The notes under the pieces: model-generated
Databases searched by the model: none
What the model saw: only the letters and a program-made list of their open reading frames with translations
What the model was told of the DNA's origin: nothing
Shown: positions 1-11,349 of the stretch, in pieces
Layout of the letters: the number at the start of each line of letters is the position of its first letter
Position numbering within the stretch: the first letter of the stretch is position 1
NCBI GenBank assembly: GCA_000091205.1
Contig: AP006491.2
From: Cyanidioschyzon merolae
Taxonomy: Eukaryota
Reading direction: 5' to 3' (one strand)
Length of the DNA stretch: 64,000 nucleotides
Position numbers and translations under genes: made by a program

Positions 1-2778
1 TCATGTATGGGTCACGTACGAGATTTGCCTCAGACTGCACGCCAAGTACCTGCAGAGCTAAAGGAGCATGCATGGGCGCGCCTCGGCGTTGACGTAGAGG
101 ACTCTTTCCGTCCGTTGTATGTCGTTCCGGAGAACCGCCGTGAAACCGTAGAGCGTTTGCGAGAACAGCTGACACAGGCGAATGAACTCGTGCTCGCAAC
201 TGACGAGGACCGAGAGGGTGAGGCCATCTCGTGGCATCTGGTGGAGCTCCTACAACCTCAGGTGCCCGTTCGGCGCGCAGTTTTCCATGAAATTACCGAA
301 GACGCTATTCAAGAAGCCTTTCAGAGCTTTCGTGACATTGACATGAACCTGGTACACGCGCAGGAAACCCGAAGAATTCTGGATCGCCTGGCCGGTTACA
401 CCCTTTCACCACTGCTGTGGAAGAAGATCGCGCCGGGGTTGTCGGCTGGCCGGGTCCAGTCTGTCGCACTTGCCATGATTGTGGAGCGCGAACTCGAGCG
501 ACTGCGCTTTCGCTCAGCCCAGTACTGGAGCATCCTGGCCCAGCTTCGTATCGAGCACGTGCAGGGCACCGAGTCACCGATCCTGGAAGCAGAGCTTGTT
601 CGCATCGGGGAAGCACGCCTCGCTATCGGCAAAGATTTCGATGGACGTACGGGCAAACTCAGAGAGGACGTGCAATCTGAGAACACCAATGGCCGTGTGA
701 AAGTGATCTGGCTCGATGAACCAACTGCGAATAGACTTGCGGCGGAGGCCCAGTCTGCACCGCCGGGCTCTTTTCGGATCGTCTCGATAGAGCGACGTCA
801 GGTAACGCGTACACCGCCTCTGGCGTTCACGACTTCAACCCTGCAGCAGGAGGCCTCTCGACGCCTCCGCGTCACCACGCTTCAGGTGATGCGCGCTGCC
901 CAGTCTCTCTACGAAGGTGGCTACATAACGTACATGCGAACAGACTCTCCGCAGTTGTCCATGCAGGCCACAGAGGCTGCCCGACGAGCAGCAGCAGAGC
1001 GCTTTGGCGCCGAGCAGGCAGTCCCCGCTCAAGCGGCGCCACGCAAAACGTCCAAGAAGCCGAAGGGTGCCCAGGAAGCGCACGAGGCCATTCGGCCGGC
1101 CGGGCGCGCCTTCACGCCCCCGGAAGCCCTGAGCCTGGAACCTCTCGAGAAGCGCCTCTACGAACTCATCTACTATCGTACGCTGGCTAGTGAGATGCAG
1201 CCAGCGAAACTCCGCCAAACAACATTGACCATCGAAGGTCCAAAGGAGATGCTGTTCCGGGCGAGCGGCACCGAAGTAGAATTTCCTGGTTGGCTCTTGG
1301 CCTACGAAGCACTTCGCCGCGTACACGAGCATGTCTCCGAATCTGGGAGCGCTGCTTCCGTTAACGAGGACTCTGCACTCGATGAGCAGGGATTACTTCC
1401 GAGAGACGTGCACCTTTCGGAGGGCGACAGCCTCACCGCGGTCGCTGTGGACCCCGTCCTGCACGAGACCAAAGCACCGGCACGCTACACCGAAGCGTCG
1501 CTGGTCAAGGAGTTGGAGACGAACGGCGTGGGGCGACCCAGCACCTACGTCAGCATTATCGAAACGCTCCTGGAGCGTTCGTATGTGATCCGGAAGGGTT
1601 CGTCCGGTTCGGCATCGAGTCTGGTGCCAACCTTAACCGCGTTTGTGGTCGTGCGCTTCCTCCAACATCATTTCCCCAACTTTGTAGACGTTCGTTTCAC
1701 CTCCGAAATGGAGGCTGCACTTGACCTCATCGCCAGAGGTGAAGCCGACCGCATCGCCTACCTGCAGCAGTACTACTGTGGCGAGTCGGGGCTAGCAGCT
1801 GCGGTGCGGGCGAAAAGCGACACAATCGATGTCAACGAGGCACGACGAGTCTACCTCCCTGCGCTCGAGGGCGACGCAGCGGCTCCAGAGGTCACGGGTG
1901 AAGCGAAGACCACCGCTGCCGATGGTGAACGAAAGGAGTGGCCGAAACCGCTGGTTTATGTGGGCCCGTATGGACCTTACGTTGTCTACGGCGAGAAGGT
2001 TTCGTTGCCGCGGGAGATATCGGCCGAGCAGGTCACCCTGGACACGCTGCGTCGTCTGGCGGAACAGCGCAAGTGCGCTGCAGAGCTGGGCGTGGATCCA
2101 CAGACCGGGATGCACGTCTACTTACGAACTGGACCCTATGGCCCATACGTTCAGCTGGGCGAGGACCCCGGCTCGATGGCAAGTCACACTTCCACGGAAA
2201 AATCAGCAGCACCCAGTACCGATGACGCAGCGCCTACCGACAAACAGCTCGATTCCGCGAGAGAAGCGTCGCCAGGTACCAGTGCCCGTTCGACGAGACG
2301 CGCTCGAGGAACGGGTACGAGTGCCCGAGCTCCCCATGAAAAGCCGAAGCGGGTTTCGTTGCCGTCGTGGCTGGACCCAGCACGAGTTGATCTCGAACTT
2401 GCGCTGCGCCTGCTCTCCTTGCCGCGGATTGTTGGCGAGCACCCGGCAACTGGCGAAATCATTCGCGCAGGCTACGGTCGTCTGGGTCCGTATCTTCTCT
2501 ATCAGGACAAGTTTACGAGCCTGAGCAAGTACGAACCTGGAGGCGCCTCTGACCCGCTGTTCATTGATCTGGAAACGGCAGTTCATATTCTGGACACTGC
2601 GAAAACGTCCAAGTCTAGATCCAGGTCGACGAAATCGAAAACCAGCGATGCCGCTGAAGAAGCGAATGGGGCTTCATCGGAGTCTGCGGACGCAGCACCT
2701 ACGGAAAACGACCAGCTCAAGGCACCGCCAAGACGCGGAACAGCGCCTCGAACTCGCTCCCGCAAAACTTCCGGTTAG
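1..2778 (+). CDS. DNA topoisomerase I, bacterial type IA (TopA-like); 5' end runs off the window
   Basis: The frame is open from nt 1. It has a TOPRIM region (GHVRDLP...ATDEDREGEAISWHL), the type-IA active-site Tyr motif GGYITYMRTDS, and C-terminal GPYGPYV-type repeats (VGPYGPYVVYGEK, RTGPYGPYVQLGE, GYGRLGPYLLYQDKF). A Lys/Arg/Ser-rich basic tail follows, then the stop at 2776-2778. Confidence 0.85.
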   Translation, partial: SCMGHVRDLPQTARQVPAELKEHAWARLGVDVEDSFRPLYVVPENRRETVERLREQLTQANELVLATDEDREGEAISWHLVELLQPQVPVRRAVFHEITEDAIQEAFQSFRDIDMNLVHAQETRRILDRLAGYTLSPLLWKKIAPGLSAGRVQSVALAMIVERELERLRFRSAQYWSILAQLRIEHVQGTESPILEAELVRIGEARLAIGKDFDGRTGKLREDVQSENTNGRVKVIWLDEPTANRLAAEAQSAPPGSFRIVSIERRQVTRTPPLAFTTSTLQQEASRRLRVTTLQVMRAAQSLYEGGYITYMRTDSPQLSMQATEAARRAAAERFGAEQAVPAQAAPRKTSKKPKGAQEAHEAIRPAGRAFTPPEALSLEPLEKRLYELIYYRTLASEMQPAKLRQTTLTIEGPKEMLFRASGTEVEFPGWLLAYEALRRVHEHVSESGSAASVNEDSALDEQGLLPRDVHLSEGDSLTAVAVDPVLHETKAPARYTEASLVKELETNGVGRPSTYVSIIETLLERSYVIRKGSSGSASSLVPTLTAFVVVRFLQHHFPNFVDVRFTSEMEAALDLIARGEADRIAYLQQYYCGESGLAAAVRAKSDTIDVNEARRVYLPALEGDAAAPEVTGEAKTTAADGERKEWPKPLVYVGPYGPYVVYGEKVSLPREISAEQVTLDTLRRLAEQRKCAAELGVDPQTGMHVYLRTGPYGPYVQLGEDPGSMASHTSTEKSAAPSTDDAAPTDKQLDSAREASPGTSARSTRRARGTGTSARAPHEKPKRVSLPSWLDPARVDLELALRLLSLPRIVGEHPATGEIIRAGYGRLGPYLLYQDKFTSLSKYEPGGASDPLFIDLETAVHILDTAKTSKSRSRSTKSKTSDAAEEANGASSESADAAPTENDQLKAPPRRGTAPRTRSRKTSG

Positions 2779-3491
2779 GCGCGTCGCAACCAAGTATGGA
2801 GACACGGGGGGGTCAAAACCCCCGCGGGCATAAAATAGAGCGTCCATAGGCAGGTTCATGAGGTATTCGTTCGATACGCGCTGTGGCCCGTAGACACGAC
2901 GCTGCGGTTCGCGTCTGCGTTGCTCTTCGTTGTTTGCAACGCGCTTTCATCCGTAAGCAAGCGAGTCCGACTTGATTCCGCGTGGATGTGTTCGATGCTG
3001 GCCGTAACGCCTGGTACCGCAGGTCCAACGCTGCAGGCAGACTGGGCGTCGCACTCGTGCTCGTCCCCAGTGAATGATGATCATTCAGGGAGGTATGGGT
3101 TGTGTTTCGACGTACTCGGAGTTCTGCTGCAGAAATGATACATGCTCGCCTAGATGCCGACAAACATCGCGCACGTGGAAGTTCCTGGTTGGACGCAGCG
3201 TTCTTATACCATTGAACAAGTGCGCGTTTGTGTGACAGTGCCGACGCATTCACCGGGAAACCTGCGCGTCTCCGAGACCGAAACGTATCCAGACGTCGCA
3301 TTTGGAACAAGACGTACCAGCGTTGGAAAAGCGCTCACCAGTCCAACAACATCCAAGTCGCCATGACGTGCACACCTCGAGCACCGCGCTCGCTCTGTTG
3401 TGGTATACTCGCCAGGTGCGAGACGGTACACGCTCCCGACGCTCACCGCAGCCGTTCTTTTGCGCCTATATCGAGCGCACAGCTGCTGTTT

Positions 3492-4088
3492 TCAGCGAGA
3501 TACCTTGGAATGCCGCGCTTTGGACAGAGCGACCGGCGAGTTTAGCTCGAGATAGAGCACGCTGGCCTGGTTGCCACTGCCGAGCGGGACCCGCGTGTAC
3601 CGCGGCAAGCGCACAAGCGAGCCGCCGCCGCCGCCTCCAGTTGCGCCGGCCTCCCGTGGCTGCCAGTACCGCCGCCATGCACTCGCCATGAGTGCTTCGT
3701 TTCGGGAACGCTTGGCGCTCCAGTAACTTGGCAGCCAGAACCTGCGCTGCCAGGCGCGAACGGTCGCAAGTGCGCGCCAGAAGAGGTGCACGTACGAGAG
3801 CATGTTGTGGCTCAGTTGCATGGACTGCCGACCCTGCCGCCTGGCCTCTGTAATAAGGTACCAAACACGATCGTAGAGTCTTGCTGCAAGGTCTAGTCCG
3901 ATAGAGAGTCCAGCGGTGCTCGCACTGAGCCAGTACGGTAGCTGGGCGAGCGTCTGCGCGAGCACGCCTGTGGCGGCTCCCAAAAAGACAACGAGCTCTA
4001 AACTCGTGATCAGTACTTGAATGTACAGCGGCACCGATACCACAGTGCGGAGTGTGTACCGCGTCCAAGTGACAGGACCACCGGTCAT
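3492..4088 (-). CDS. hypothetical small membrane protein (about 2 predicted TM segments)
   Basis: ATG start at 4088. It has hydrophobic helices (VVSVPLYIQVLITSLELVVFLGAATGVLAQTLAQL; LSASTAGLSIGLDLAARL). It overlaps a second ORF in another frame on the same strand (3466..4068), so the true frame is uncertain. Confidence 0.35.
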   Translation of the reverse strand: MTGGPVTWTRYTLRTVVSVPLYIQVLITSLELVVFLGAATGVLAQTLAQLPYWLSASTAGLSIGLDLAARLYDRVWYLITEARRQGRQSMQLSHNMLSYVHLFWRALATVRAWQRRFWLPSYWSAKRSRNEALMASAWRRYWQPREAGATGGGGGGSLVRLPRYTRVPLGSGNQASVLYLELNSPVALSKARHSKVSR

Positions 4089-5381
4089 CTCACCGCAGTT
4101 TCATGTGTTTGCATGGGCTTGTCTGACGCTCCAACACGCCGTTTCCGACGAGCGTCCGATAGTACGGGATGTGCGGCGGCGGGGGAGGCGCTCCAACGCA
4201 CATGGCAGCTTGATACCATTTACGCCATATATTTCTATTCATAAACAGTTCTTCAAAACTAGACTTTCCACTCCATTCTGTTCCACACTTGCTCCAGTGT
4301 GTACACCAGGAGCTCGACATCCCTGTGCGGTGTACCCTCTAGGTCGTAGACAAAATGCCTATAGAATATATATGCTTTACTGAAGTGTGCATGGAGAACT
4401 GTATTCCTCCTTGAGGTCAGTCATACTATTGTGCTCAGATGCTTGAGGAAAACTGAAAGAGGCGAGTAGATGTGCTCTGTGCCAAAAACTGGTATCCGCA
4501 AAGGCCGCTTGCGGTCGCTAGCAGCATATGATCCGTTCGTCACCTTGCGGAAACGAAAAAGCGACGATACGAACCGCCACGGGCGTCTCTGTTTCTCAAC
4601 CGCTTATCCGTGTGATCCGACAAACACTGGGATACAGTCGCAAGAAAAGTCCCAGTTCAGTCAGGGCCATCTTCCACCGCAATCGCAAATTCTACAGAGA
4701 TCCTCGAACGCCACGATCGTTATGCACCACAGGGACGTCTGCGTGTGTGTTGCTCCAGTCGATATCGGTATTTTGTAATCGAGAGCAGCTGCATGCGGAC
4801 ATCGATCTCGACCAGAAACATCCCAGGGATGTGCTGGACTCCACTCAGTTGTCGCTTTGTTGTCCTATGCACCATTTTCCCGTAAACGTGCACGCTTCCA
4901 GATATGTGACGCACTTCAACGCAACTTTAGCAAGGTTACGATGCGGCGTTGCGCTCGACTGGGGTATTGTGCAACCGTCGACTTCTGGCAAGCGCGTCGC
5001 AGTCCGATGCAGGCTCCAACGGAAGCCAGGGTACCGGGGAAGCTCCAGGCGTTGACGTATGTTGCGCATGTATCCATACGCACAAACATACCACGCACAA
5101 ATAGCACGCTATCGGTTGACATCAAGGCTTCCGCTACTGCAGCTTGGTGACGCTCAAGGCGCTCGCCACAAACCGCGCACCCAGCGTCCTCAACTCGGGC
5201 AACGCGTCCCCGGACTCTGTTCGGGCGTTGCTATCACCTGAGGCCTGTGCACGCCCCGGCTCTGGTGACACCACCGGCGCTATACCACGCGAAAGCGTAA
5301 CACCGTGAACCTGAAACACCACACCACAGAGCCCAGCGGTGCGTCTTGTGCGACACCACGGCACCAGGTCTGTTGTTTGGT

Positions 5382-5948
5382 ATGGAAGCAACCACCAGGG
5401 CAGCGGACGTGCCGGAGCAAAGTGATGATCCCCTGCCAGCACCAACAGAGCTCCAGTATTGGAAAGCACACGAAGAGGGCCTTGCAGGTCTCTCAGAGCC
5501 TGTGAGCGGGACGTTGCGTGCACGGCGAGACCCCGACTGGGACGACGTGGCGCTGCCGCTGCCCCCGGAGGCCATGCACGCCGACTACGGCCGGTTGGAC
5601 TCGAGCCTACGTGCTCGCATGGACGAGTTAGAGGCGCTGGAGTCGAAGCTGGAAGCAGAACGCGTGGCGCTGCAGGCGAGAGGCCCCAGGGAACCACCAA
5701 ACTGGCGAGGTCTCTTTCGTCGAGCGAAGGCGTCGGATAACGATAATGATACTGACGTTCGTCAGCGTTTGCAGGAACTGCAGTTGCACGATAAACCGAG
5801 CACAAAGCCGAAACCGAGCGTCCCTAGAGTCGCTGCGGTAACGAGTGCAACGACGAAAGCCTCAGAGCCAGAGGCGGCTCCGCGGCCCCTGTCGAGGTTC
5901 AAGCAGCGGCAGCTCGCGAAGCGCGCCCAGGACACGCGCTCGCCATAA
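5382..5948 (+). CDS. hypothetical charged coiled-coil protein
   Basis: First in-frame ATG of ORF 5346..5948 (the track start is TTG). It has an acidic N-terminus and a heptad-like LEALESKLEAERVALQ segment, and it overlaps a minus-strand ORF (5134..5805). No family was recognised. Confidence 0.3.
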   Translation: MEATTRAADVPEQSDDPLPAPTELQYWKAHEEGLAGLSEPVSGTLRARRDPDWDDVALPLPPEAMHADYGRLDSSLRARMDELEALESKLEAERVALQARGPREPPNWRGLFRRAKASDNDNDTDVRQRLQELQLHDKPSTKPKPSVPRVAAVTSATTKASEPEAAPRPLSRFKQRQLAKRAQDTRSP

Positions 5949-6024
5949 GCGTAGACCCGCGTTCGGCTTGTGCCGAGTTTACAATCGAAGAAAACGTTGT
6001 GAGCTGCTGCCTCGATCACTCGAG

Positions 6025-9000
6025 CTAGGCACGGGCAGCCAGTATCAAACGATGGAACAATTCGTATTCTGCGGCGTCGATGGAGGCAAGGCGCTGCAGC
6101 ATTTGTTGAAGGGCAGCGGGAGGCATTCGCGCAAACACGTCTTTCACGAGGTCCAGAGTCGACGGCTTGAGCTTGCCCTCGACAACAGCAACCTGGCGCG
6201 CAATCAGCAGAGGTATCATGTCGTACAGGTCGCTTCTATTGGGCAAACCTGCATGCATCGGCAACTGAATCAGAGCGGTGATGGCTGCATCAGCCTCTCC
6301 GAGCTCCGCCTGCAACGGCAAATAGTCCAGCACCGCCTTCAGAGACGTTGGTGCAGTAATGCACTGTGGATGTCGTAGGGCGATTTGCAGCAGAGCCGAG
6401 GCGGCTTTATCTGCCGCCTTTTCAGCGTCCTCATCGTCGCGTGCGTTCGGATCGAGCACGAGTTGCTCCAGCGACTCTGTGATCTGGAAGTTTCGATTCA
6501 TCTCGGCGAAGAGTTGCTGCTCAGTGCACTCAGCACATATTCGAATGCCGTAGGCGGCAGCCGCCTGCACATGTGCCTCTGTATCCTTGAGGTACGCCGC
6601 AAACGCCTGAAATGCTTGCGGCAAAATGTGGACACCGAGTGGACCGCTGAATTCCAGCCATGCGGCCCAGACGTTGAGGGCCGCGCTCCGTTCACTCGGA
6701 GAATGCTCCTGGGATATCATGGATGCAAACAGGCGCCCGACTGTGTTGATCTCCGACATTCCCGTTGAATTCGTTTCCGAGGCCGTTGTGGGGTCCTCCG
6801 CGCGCCACCTCCGACCGCTGGTCCTGGCAGGAGCATCCTCATCGACGTCATCGTTATCGTCGTCATCATTCGTTGATGCTACCGAACGAATCGGCGTCTG
6901 AAAGGCCGCGAAGAATCCGTTCGGCCCGTTGTGCTTCAGGAGGGTGCGTATGAGGTTGCTGCAGCCGAACAGCACCTCATCGTCCAACTCGTCCTCCTCC
7001 TCGAGATTGTGGATCTCATCGTCGTCTAACTCATAGTCTTCTGCTTGGGTGAGGAGTCGCTCGCGCACCCGCTCTTGACGCTCCTTGAGGACACTGAAAA
7101 TGAAACAAGCAGCGTCCAGACATTGCTGTGTGGAGAGCACGCCATCGCCCGCCACCTCTAGCATGTTATCCAGTGCCTCAATCATGGACACCTGCACCTC
7201 CACCTCCGGTTCGTTTTGTGCTGCATGACACAGTTTGGGGAGGAAGAAACTCACAATCTCGCGGACGGCTTCTGCGGAACGTTGCACATCACCCTGGGAG
7301 GTAAAGTGATCCGCCGTGCACTCAACCAAGTCTGGAATAGCCTCCGCCGCAAACTGGCGACATTCATCATGATACCAGAACTCCAAGTTCTCTACAATAA
7401 TCTGCGTTATGTCCATCAGATAAGGAAACAGGGAACCTTTCAGCTCCGCGGCGAAAGATGCTAGAATCGACAATGCGATGGCGCGATCCTCCAGGTTAAA
7501 CGCTCGTATTCCCAGTTTCTTGTTGCCCAAGTCGAGCATCGTATAGCCGTCGTCTGAACGCTTTGCCTGGTCCCCGTTACCGTCCTCTGTGGTGGCGACT
7601 GCCGCTCCCGCTGCACCGGTATAGCCCTGAATAGCGCCGTCGCGGTAATCATTAGCATCCTGAGCTTCCTTCTCGTCCTGGCCAGGAAAGAACTTCATGT
7701 CCGGCTTCAACCGCGCCATTTCGCATATCGTTGGCAGCACGTAGGGCAAATATGGTTCAAACTGCTTGCCAAGGCTCTGACAAATGCGCGCATAAGCCTG
7801 CATCATGTATCCTAGCTGTGGATCATCGGCATGGATTTCCATGTTCATCTGACTGGACACCAAAATCTGCATGATTTCATCGGCGTCAGCACGGAAACGT
7901 TCAGCACCCACCGCGACACCAATCAGCGTCATGCATTCCATGGCCTTGCTCCGCAAGAGACGGTTCCACTTGTCATCAGCGCTCGTTTGGCGGAGAAGGT
8001 GTTTGAGTGGCGGCATGAAGTCGTCGTAGTACTTGTTGAAGGCAGTGCCAACACAGCCGGCAACAGCTGCTACCGCCGTCATGGCCTGCTCGATCGCCAG
8101 ACGCGAGTTGCTGTTCAGCAACGAAATAAGTTTGCCGACGACCGTGTCCAGGTAAGGAATCAAGTTGGCGGCGCTGGCCTCATCGCAGAAGTTGATGAGA
8201 GCCGCGGCTGCATGGCTTCGCACTCGGTTACATGCGTCATCCATAGCGTCAATGAGAGTCGGCACCACATGCCTGTGGAACTTGCGTTGCAGCGTCCCGC
8301 CAAAATCGGTACTCATCTGGCCAATACAGTTGATCGCCGCCCAGCGTACACGAGGATGCGGGTCCTTCGTCGCGCCCACCACGAGCTTGAGGACGTCTCC
8401 AAGTTGCCGCTCCATGTGCTTCTCGCATCCCTCCCCAATCTGATTGATCGTCATGATCGCTGCGTAGCGGAAGCGCCAGTCGTCGCTGCGTTGCAGAAAC
8501 TGATCAATATAGCGGAAGGCTTTCGGCACAACAATTTTGCCCCCCAGTGCAATTGCGATGCGATCAAGAGATCCCTGTGCGGCCTCTAAATTCGAATACC
8601 CTGAATCGTCTTCAGCAGCATCGCCCTCAGATGCTGAGAGTGAGTCTTTTTCATACCATTCCTTTTCGTCGTCGATTTCGGTCATCATATGCATGCATGC
8701 AGTTATAAGCTGTTCGACGATTTGCTGGTTTTTCCGGGTTGAGCTACGAAGATGCTCCGCACATACCGTCAGAAACTCCAGGGCTATTTGGCGGGTTTCG
8801 TCTTCCAGATCGGTATTTCCCATCAGAGCCAGCATGGACGATGCTAGCGATCCAAAGTGGTCGCGGAAGAGTCGCGGCTCGCATTGCAGCATCTCGATAA
8901 TCTCCTCGATGGTTTTCCTGGTGTCCTCCTCGTCGCCGGCAGACATGGCAGTCTCGATGGATGCGCCTAACAAAGGAATCATGTCTCGAAATTGCATACA

Positions 9001-9711
9001 GTCTTTGCTTTCCGCAGTCTCTAAAATCGCGCGCAACGCCTCAATGGCGTGTTCTCGCACCTCAGCGTCCGGGTCCATGAGCCCTGGTCGCAAGATCTCG
9101 TGTAGTTGTCGCAAGTGCGGGCGAAGCGCATCGTCATCAAGATAGTCAAGCAGGCAAGCCAGGAGGTTCAGACCCGAGGCTCGATGACGCGTCACCGTGC
9201 TCGTCGCTAGCGCGTACACAACGCTGAACAACTCCGGCCAGGGTGCCAGTTCCGTGTCTGTGTTTGAAGAATCCACACCACTATGTTCGGCGATGACAGC
9301 ACCGCCAAGCGCTGCGACCACAGCACAAATCTTGCGCAGCTCTGATGGTGTATAGGTCTCGGTACCGTCGGTCTGAAGTGCAAGCAGAAGGCGCTGCCGT
9401 GCCCTCGTAATAACACCCATAGCATTTGCCCCGAGAGACGCTTTCTCCAGCGTCGCTATCCGCTGGCGAAGTAGCACTGCAGCTGCGGATCGAATAACAG
9501 TGGCTGCTGACGGATCGGCTGTACCGAGCGCACCCGCCGGTGCTGTACAGAGAAAGCTCAGCACGTCATAGGTGGCCACCGGTTCCGTAGCTACGAGTTG
9601 GTCAAACTCCGCTTCAGCCTCATGAATTGTCGCTGTAACAGGTGACTGTAACCTGTAAAGCAAAGCAACAACATCCCCCACAAGCCTCGGTGCGACGAGT
9701 TCGGCACTCAT
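6025..9711 (-). CDS. importin-beta family karyopherin (importin-5 / Kap121 / RanBP6-like)
   Basis: About 1230 aa of HEAT-repeat sequence. The segment RVRWAAINCIGQMSTDFGGTLQRKFHRHVVPTLIDAMDD closely matches the conserved importin-5 block (RVRYAACNAVGQMATDF...FQKKFH...). It carries an acidic insertion (DDDDNDDVDED). The track start at 9738 is GTG; the first ATG is at 9711 (MSAELVAP...). Confidence 0.85.
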   Translation of the reverse strand: MSAELVAPRLVGDVVALLYRLQSPVTATIHEAEAEFDQLVATEPVATYDVLSFLCTAPAGALGTADPSAATVIRSAAAVLLRQRIATLEKASLGANAMGVITRARQRLLLALQTDGTETYTPSELRKICAVVAALGGAVIAEHSGVDSSNTDTELAPWPELFSVVYALATSTVTRHRASGLNLLACLLDYLDDDALRPHLRQLHEILRPGLMDPDAEVREHAIEALRAILETAESKDCMQFRDMIPLLGASIETAMSAGDEEDTRKTIEEIIEMLQCEPRLFRDHFGSLASSMLALMGNTDLEDETRQIALEFLTVCAEHLRSSTRKNQQIVEQLITACMHMMTEIDDEKEWYEKDSLSASEGDAAEDDSGYSNLEAAQGSLDRIAIALGGKIVVPKAFRYIDQFLQRSDDWRFRYAAIMTINQIGEGCEKHMERQLGDVLKLVVGATKDPHPRVRWAAINCIGQMSTDFGGTLQRKFHRHVVPTLIDAMDDACNRVRSHAAAALINFCDEASAANLIPYLDTVVGKLISLLNSNSRLAIEQAMTAVAAVAGCVGTAFNKYYDDFMPPLKHLLRQTSADDKWNRLLRSKAMECMTLIGVAVGAERFRADADEIMQILVSSQMNMEIHADDPQLGYMMQAYARICQSLGKQFEPYLPYVLPTICEMARLKPDMKFFPGQDEKEAQDANDYRDGAIQGYTGAAGAAVATTEDGNGDQAKRSDDGYTMLDLGNKKLGIRAFNLEDRAIALSILASFAAELKGSLFPYLMDITQIIVENLEFWYHDECRQFAAEAIPDLVECTADHFTSQGDVQRSAEAVREIVSFFLPKLCHAAQNEPEVEVQVSMIEALDNMLEVAGDGVLSTQQCLDAACFIFSVLKERQERVRERLLTQAEDYELDDDEIHNLEEEDELDDEVLFGCSNLIRTLLKHNGPNGFFAAFQTPIRSVASTNDDDDNDDVDEDAPARTSGRRWRAEDPTTASETNSTGMSEINTVGRLFASMISQEHSPSERSAALNVWAAWLEFSGPLGVHILPQAFQAFAAYLKDTEAHVQAAAAYGIRICAECTEQQLFAEMNRNFQITESLEQLVLDPNARDDEDAEKAADKAASALLQIALRHPQCITAPTSLKAVLDYLPLQAELGEADAAITALIQLPMHAGLPNRSDLYDMIPLLIARQVAVVEGKLKPSTLDLVKDVFARMPPAALQQMLQRLASIDAAEYELFHRLILAARA

Positions 9712-11145
9712 CACTGCACTCACGAATAGCGTCGTCACTTGAAAGCGGCACAGGGAAGCCGCACGGTTTCTAACGCGTCGACGCGCGGCGCGCGCTGTGA
9801 CATCCAGCCGCCGCCGTCACGCGGGCGCGTTCAACGTGTCCACCTCGAGTGCTGCGCCTCGAGCGGCGTTGGATACACGAGTCTTTGGAGCGGGTGATGC
9901 CTCCGGCGGGGTCCAGGGCAGTCATTCGTATCCTTTGATGGCGCCTGATTCATAGCGTGTGCTAGTACCGATCTGTGGGCAGTTTTAGAGGACGGGTGCC
10001 GGTCGATAGATCGTCCGGGGCTGACACGTCTTCGTTCTGCTAAGAGCAGCGGTGATAGGCTTCCATATGGATAGGTATTGTGTTGGCGCTTTCGAGCCGA
10101 ACAGATGCCTTTCGGATGATGCAGAATATCGACGTTGGTAAACTGGGAAGCCATTCGCTAACACAGAGAGCTTGGGAAACTCTTGTAGAGGATGAAATAT
10201 TCCTGAACACGGACCTGGCTGGACGACGATCTCTTCTCGCCTTGCGGAAATGTGGATGGGGTGCTCGGTGCGCGCTCCGCGGCGGGCGGTATCTCGGAAG
10301 CACCGTACGACCTTGTCGACGGTGATGCCGGCGCCTCGATGCTCCGACCTCTAGTTTTCAGTTGAATGCTGTGCGTTCGAAATGCCTCCTGGGGAGAAGA
10401 ATTCCTGCAGCCATTCGGGAAGTGGCATCTGCGCTTGGCGCTTGTGATGCTACGCTAGCGCGCCAGATGCACGCCTCCTCGATGACATGCGTCTTTGATG
10501 CCAGCGTGCTACTCGTTCTTTAACGGGCATGAGAAGAAAAAACCTCGTTCGTCGAGTTCCTCGAATGGACTCTAGGCGGTCAGCGTCGCTATTATAAATC
10601 ACTTTGCCGCTCGAACTGGTTGCACTGGAAATATCTAGTGGCTATCGGTATGCTGTAACAGAGGTAGAACCCGCAAAACCGAACAAGCATTCCAACGATG
10701 ACGCCGAACGTGCCCAGGGGCGCTGCTGTTCGCCTGCGCAGAGCGGCGCGTGCTAGGCCTGTCTGAACGCGGGACGCAAACACATCCACATACGCGTACG
10801 CATCCATCCAGTGCATCAGGTGGCCCGCATCACCTCGCTTCTACCGAAACTGAACGCGTCCGCAATGAAGATACTTAGATTTGAGGTGAACCAGACACGC
10901 AACATCGGTCATCCATCAAACGCTTGCTGAGCACCGAACCGCTCACATTTTCCTAAACAGACCCAGATGGAATTCCTTTTTATTTTGCATACAGATGCCC
11001 TTTCCATGGGCGGGATCGCGTCGCTTCAGCGTTGTCAACGCTGCAGGCATCGCCTTGACGCTTGAATGATTGGCGCGCGTCGAATCAATGGCAATTCTGG
11101 CGATCCTGCAGCCCCGGTGGCGGCTGCTGTCCGGTATGCGTGCGC

Positions 11146-11198
11146 GGTATGCGTGCGCGGTATGCGTGCGCGGTATGCGTGCGGTAATTGGCGCGAGC
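11146..11198. repeat. 13-bp tandem repeat (cggtatgcgtgcg) x4
   Basis: Direct reading: tgcgtgcgcggtatgcgtgcgcggtatgcgtgcgcggtatgcgtgcgg. It lies about 150 bp upstream of the ORF starting at 11350. Confidence 0.7.
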
Positions 11199-11349
11199 CC
11201 GCGAATAACCGCCCGTAGACGCAGGTAAACAGCGTTATTCCAGCCGTCGATAGTGGCAAGTACGTTGAACCGGTGTGCGGGTGCTCCCGGAGAACCAGGA
11301 TGTTTTCACAGGTTGCAGTGCGGTGAACGTGTATAGGGTATCAGAGCAA

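Noticed and set aside
835-2586. Multiple 90-230-aa ORFs on both strands inside the topoisomerase gene (for example 835..1332 minus, 1829..2524 plus)
   Set aside because: They are shadow ORFs typical of GC-rich coding sequence, overlapping a strongly supported conserved CDS.
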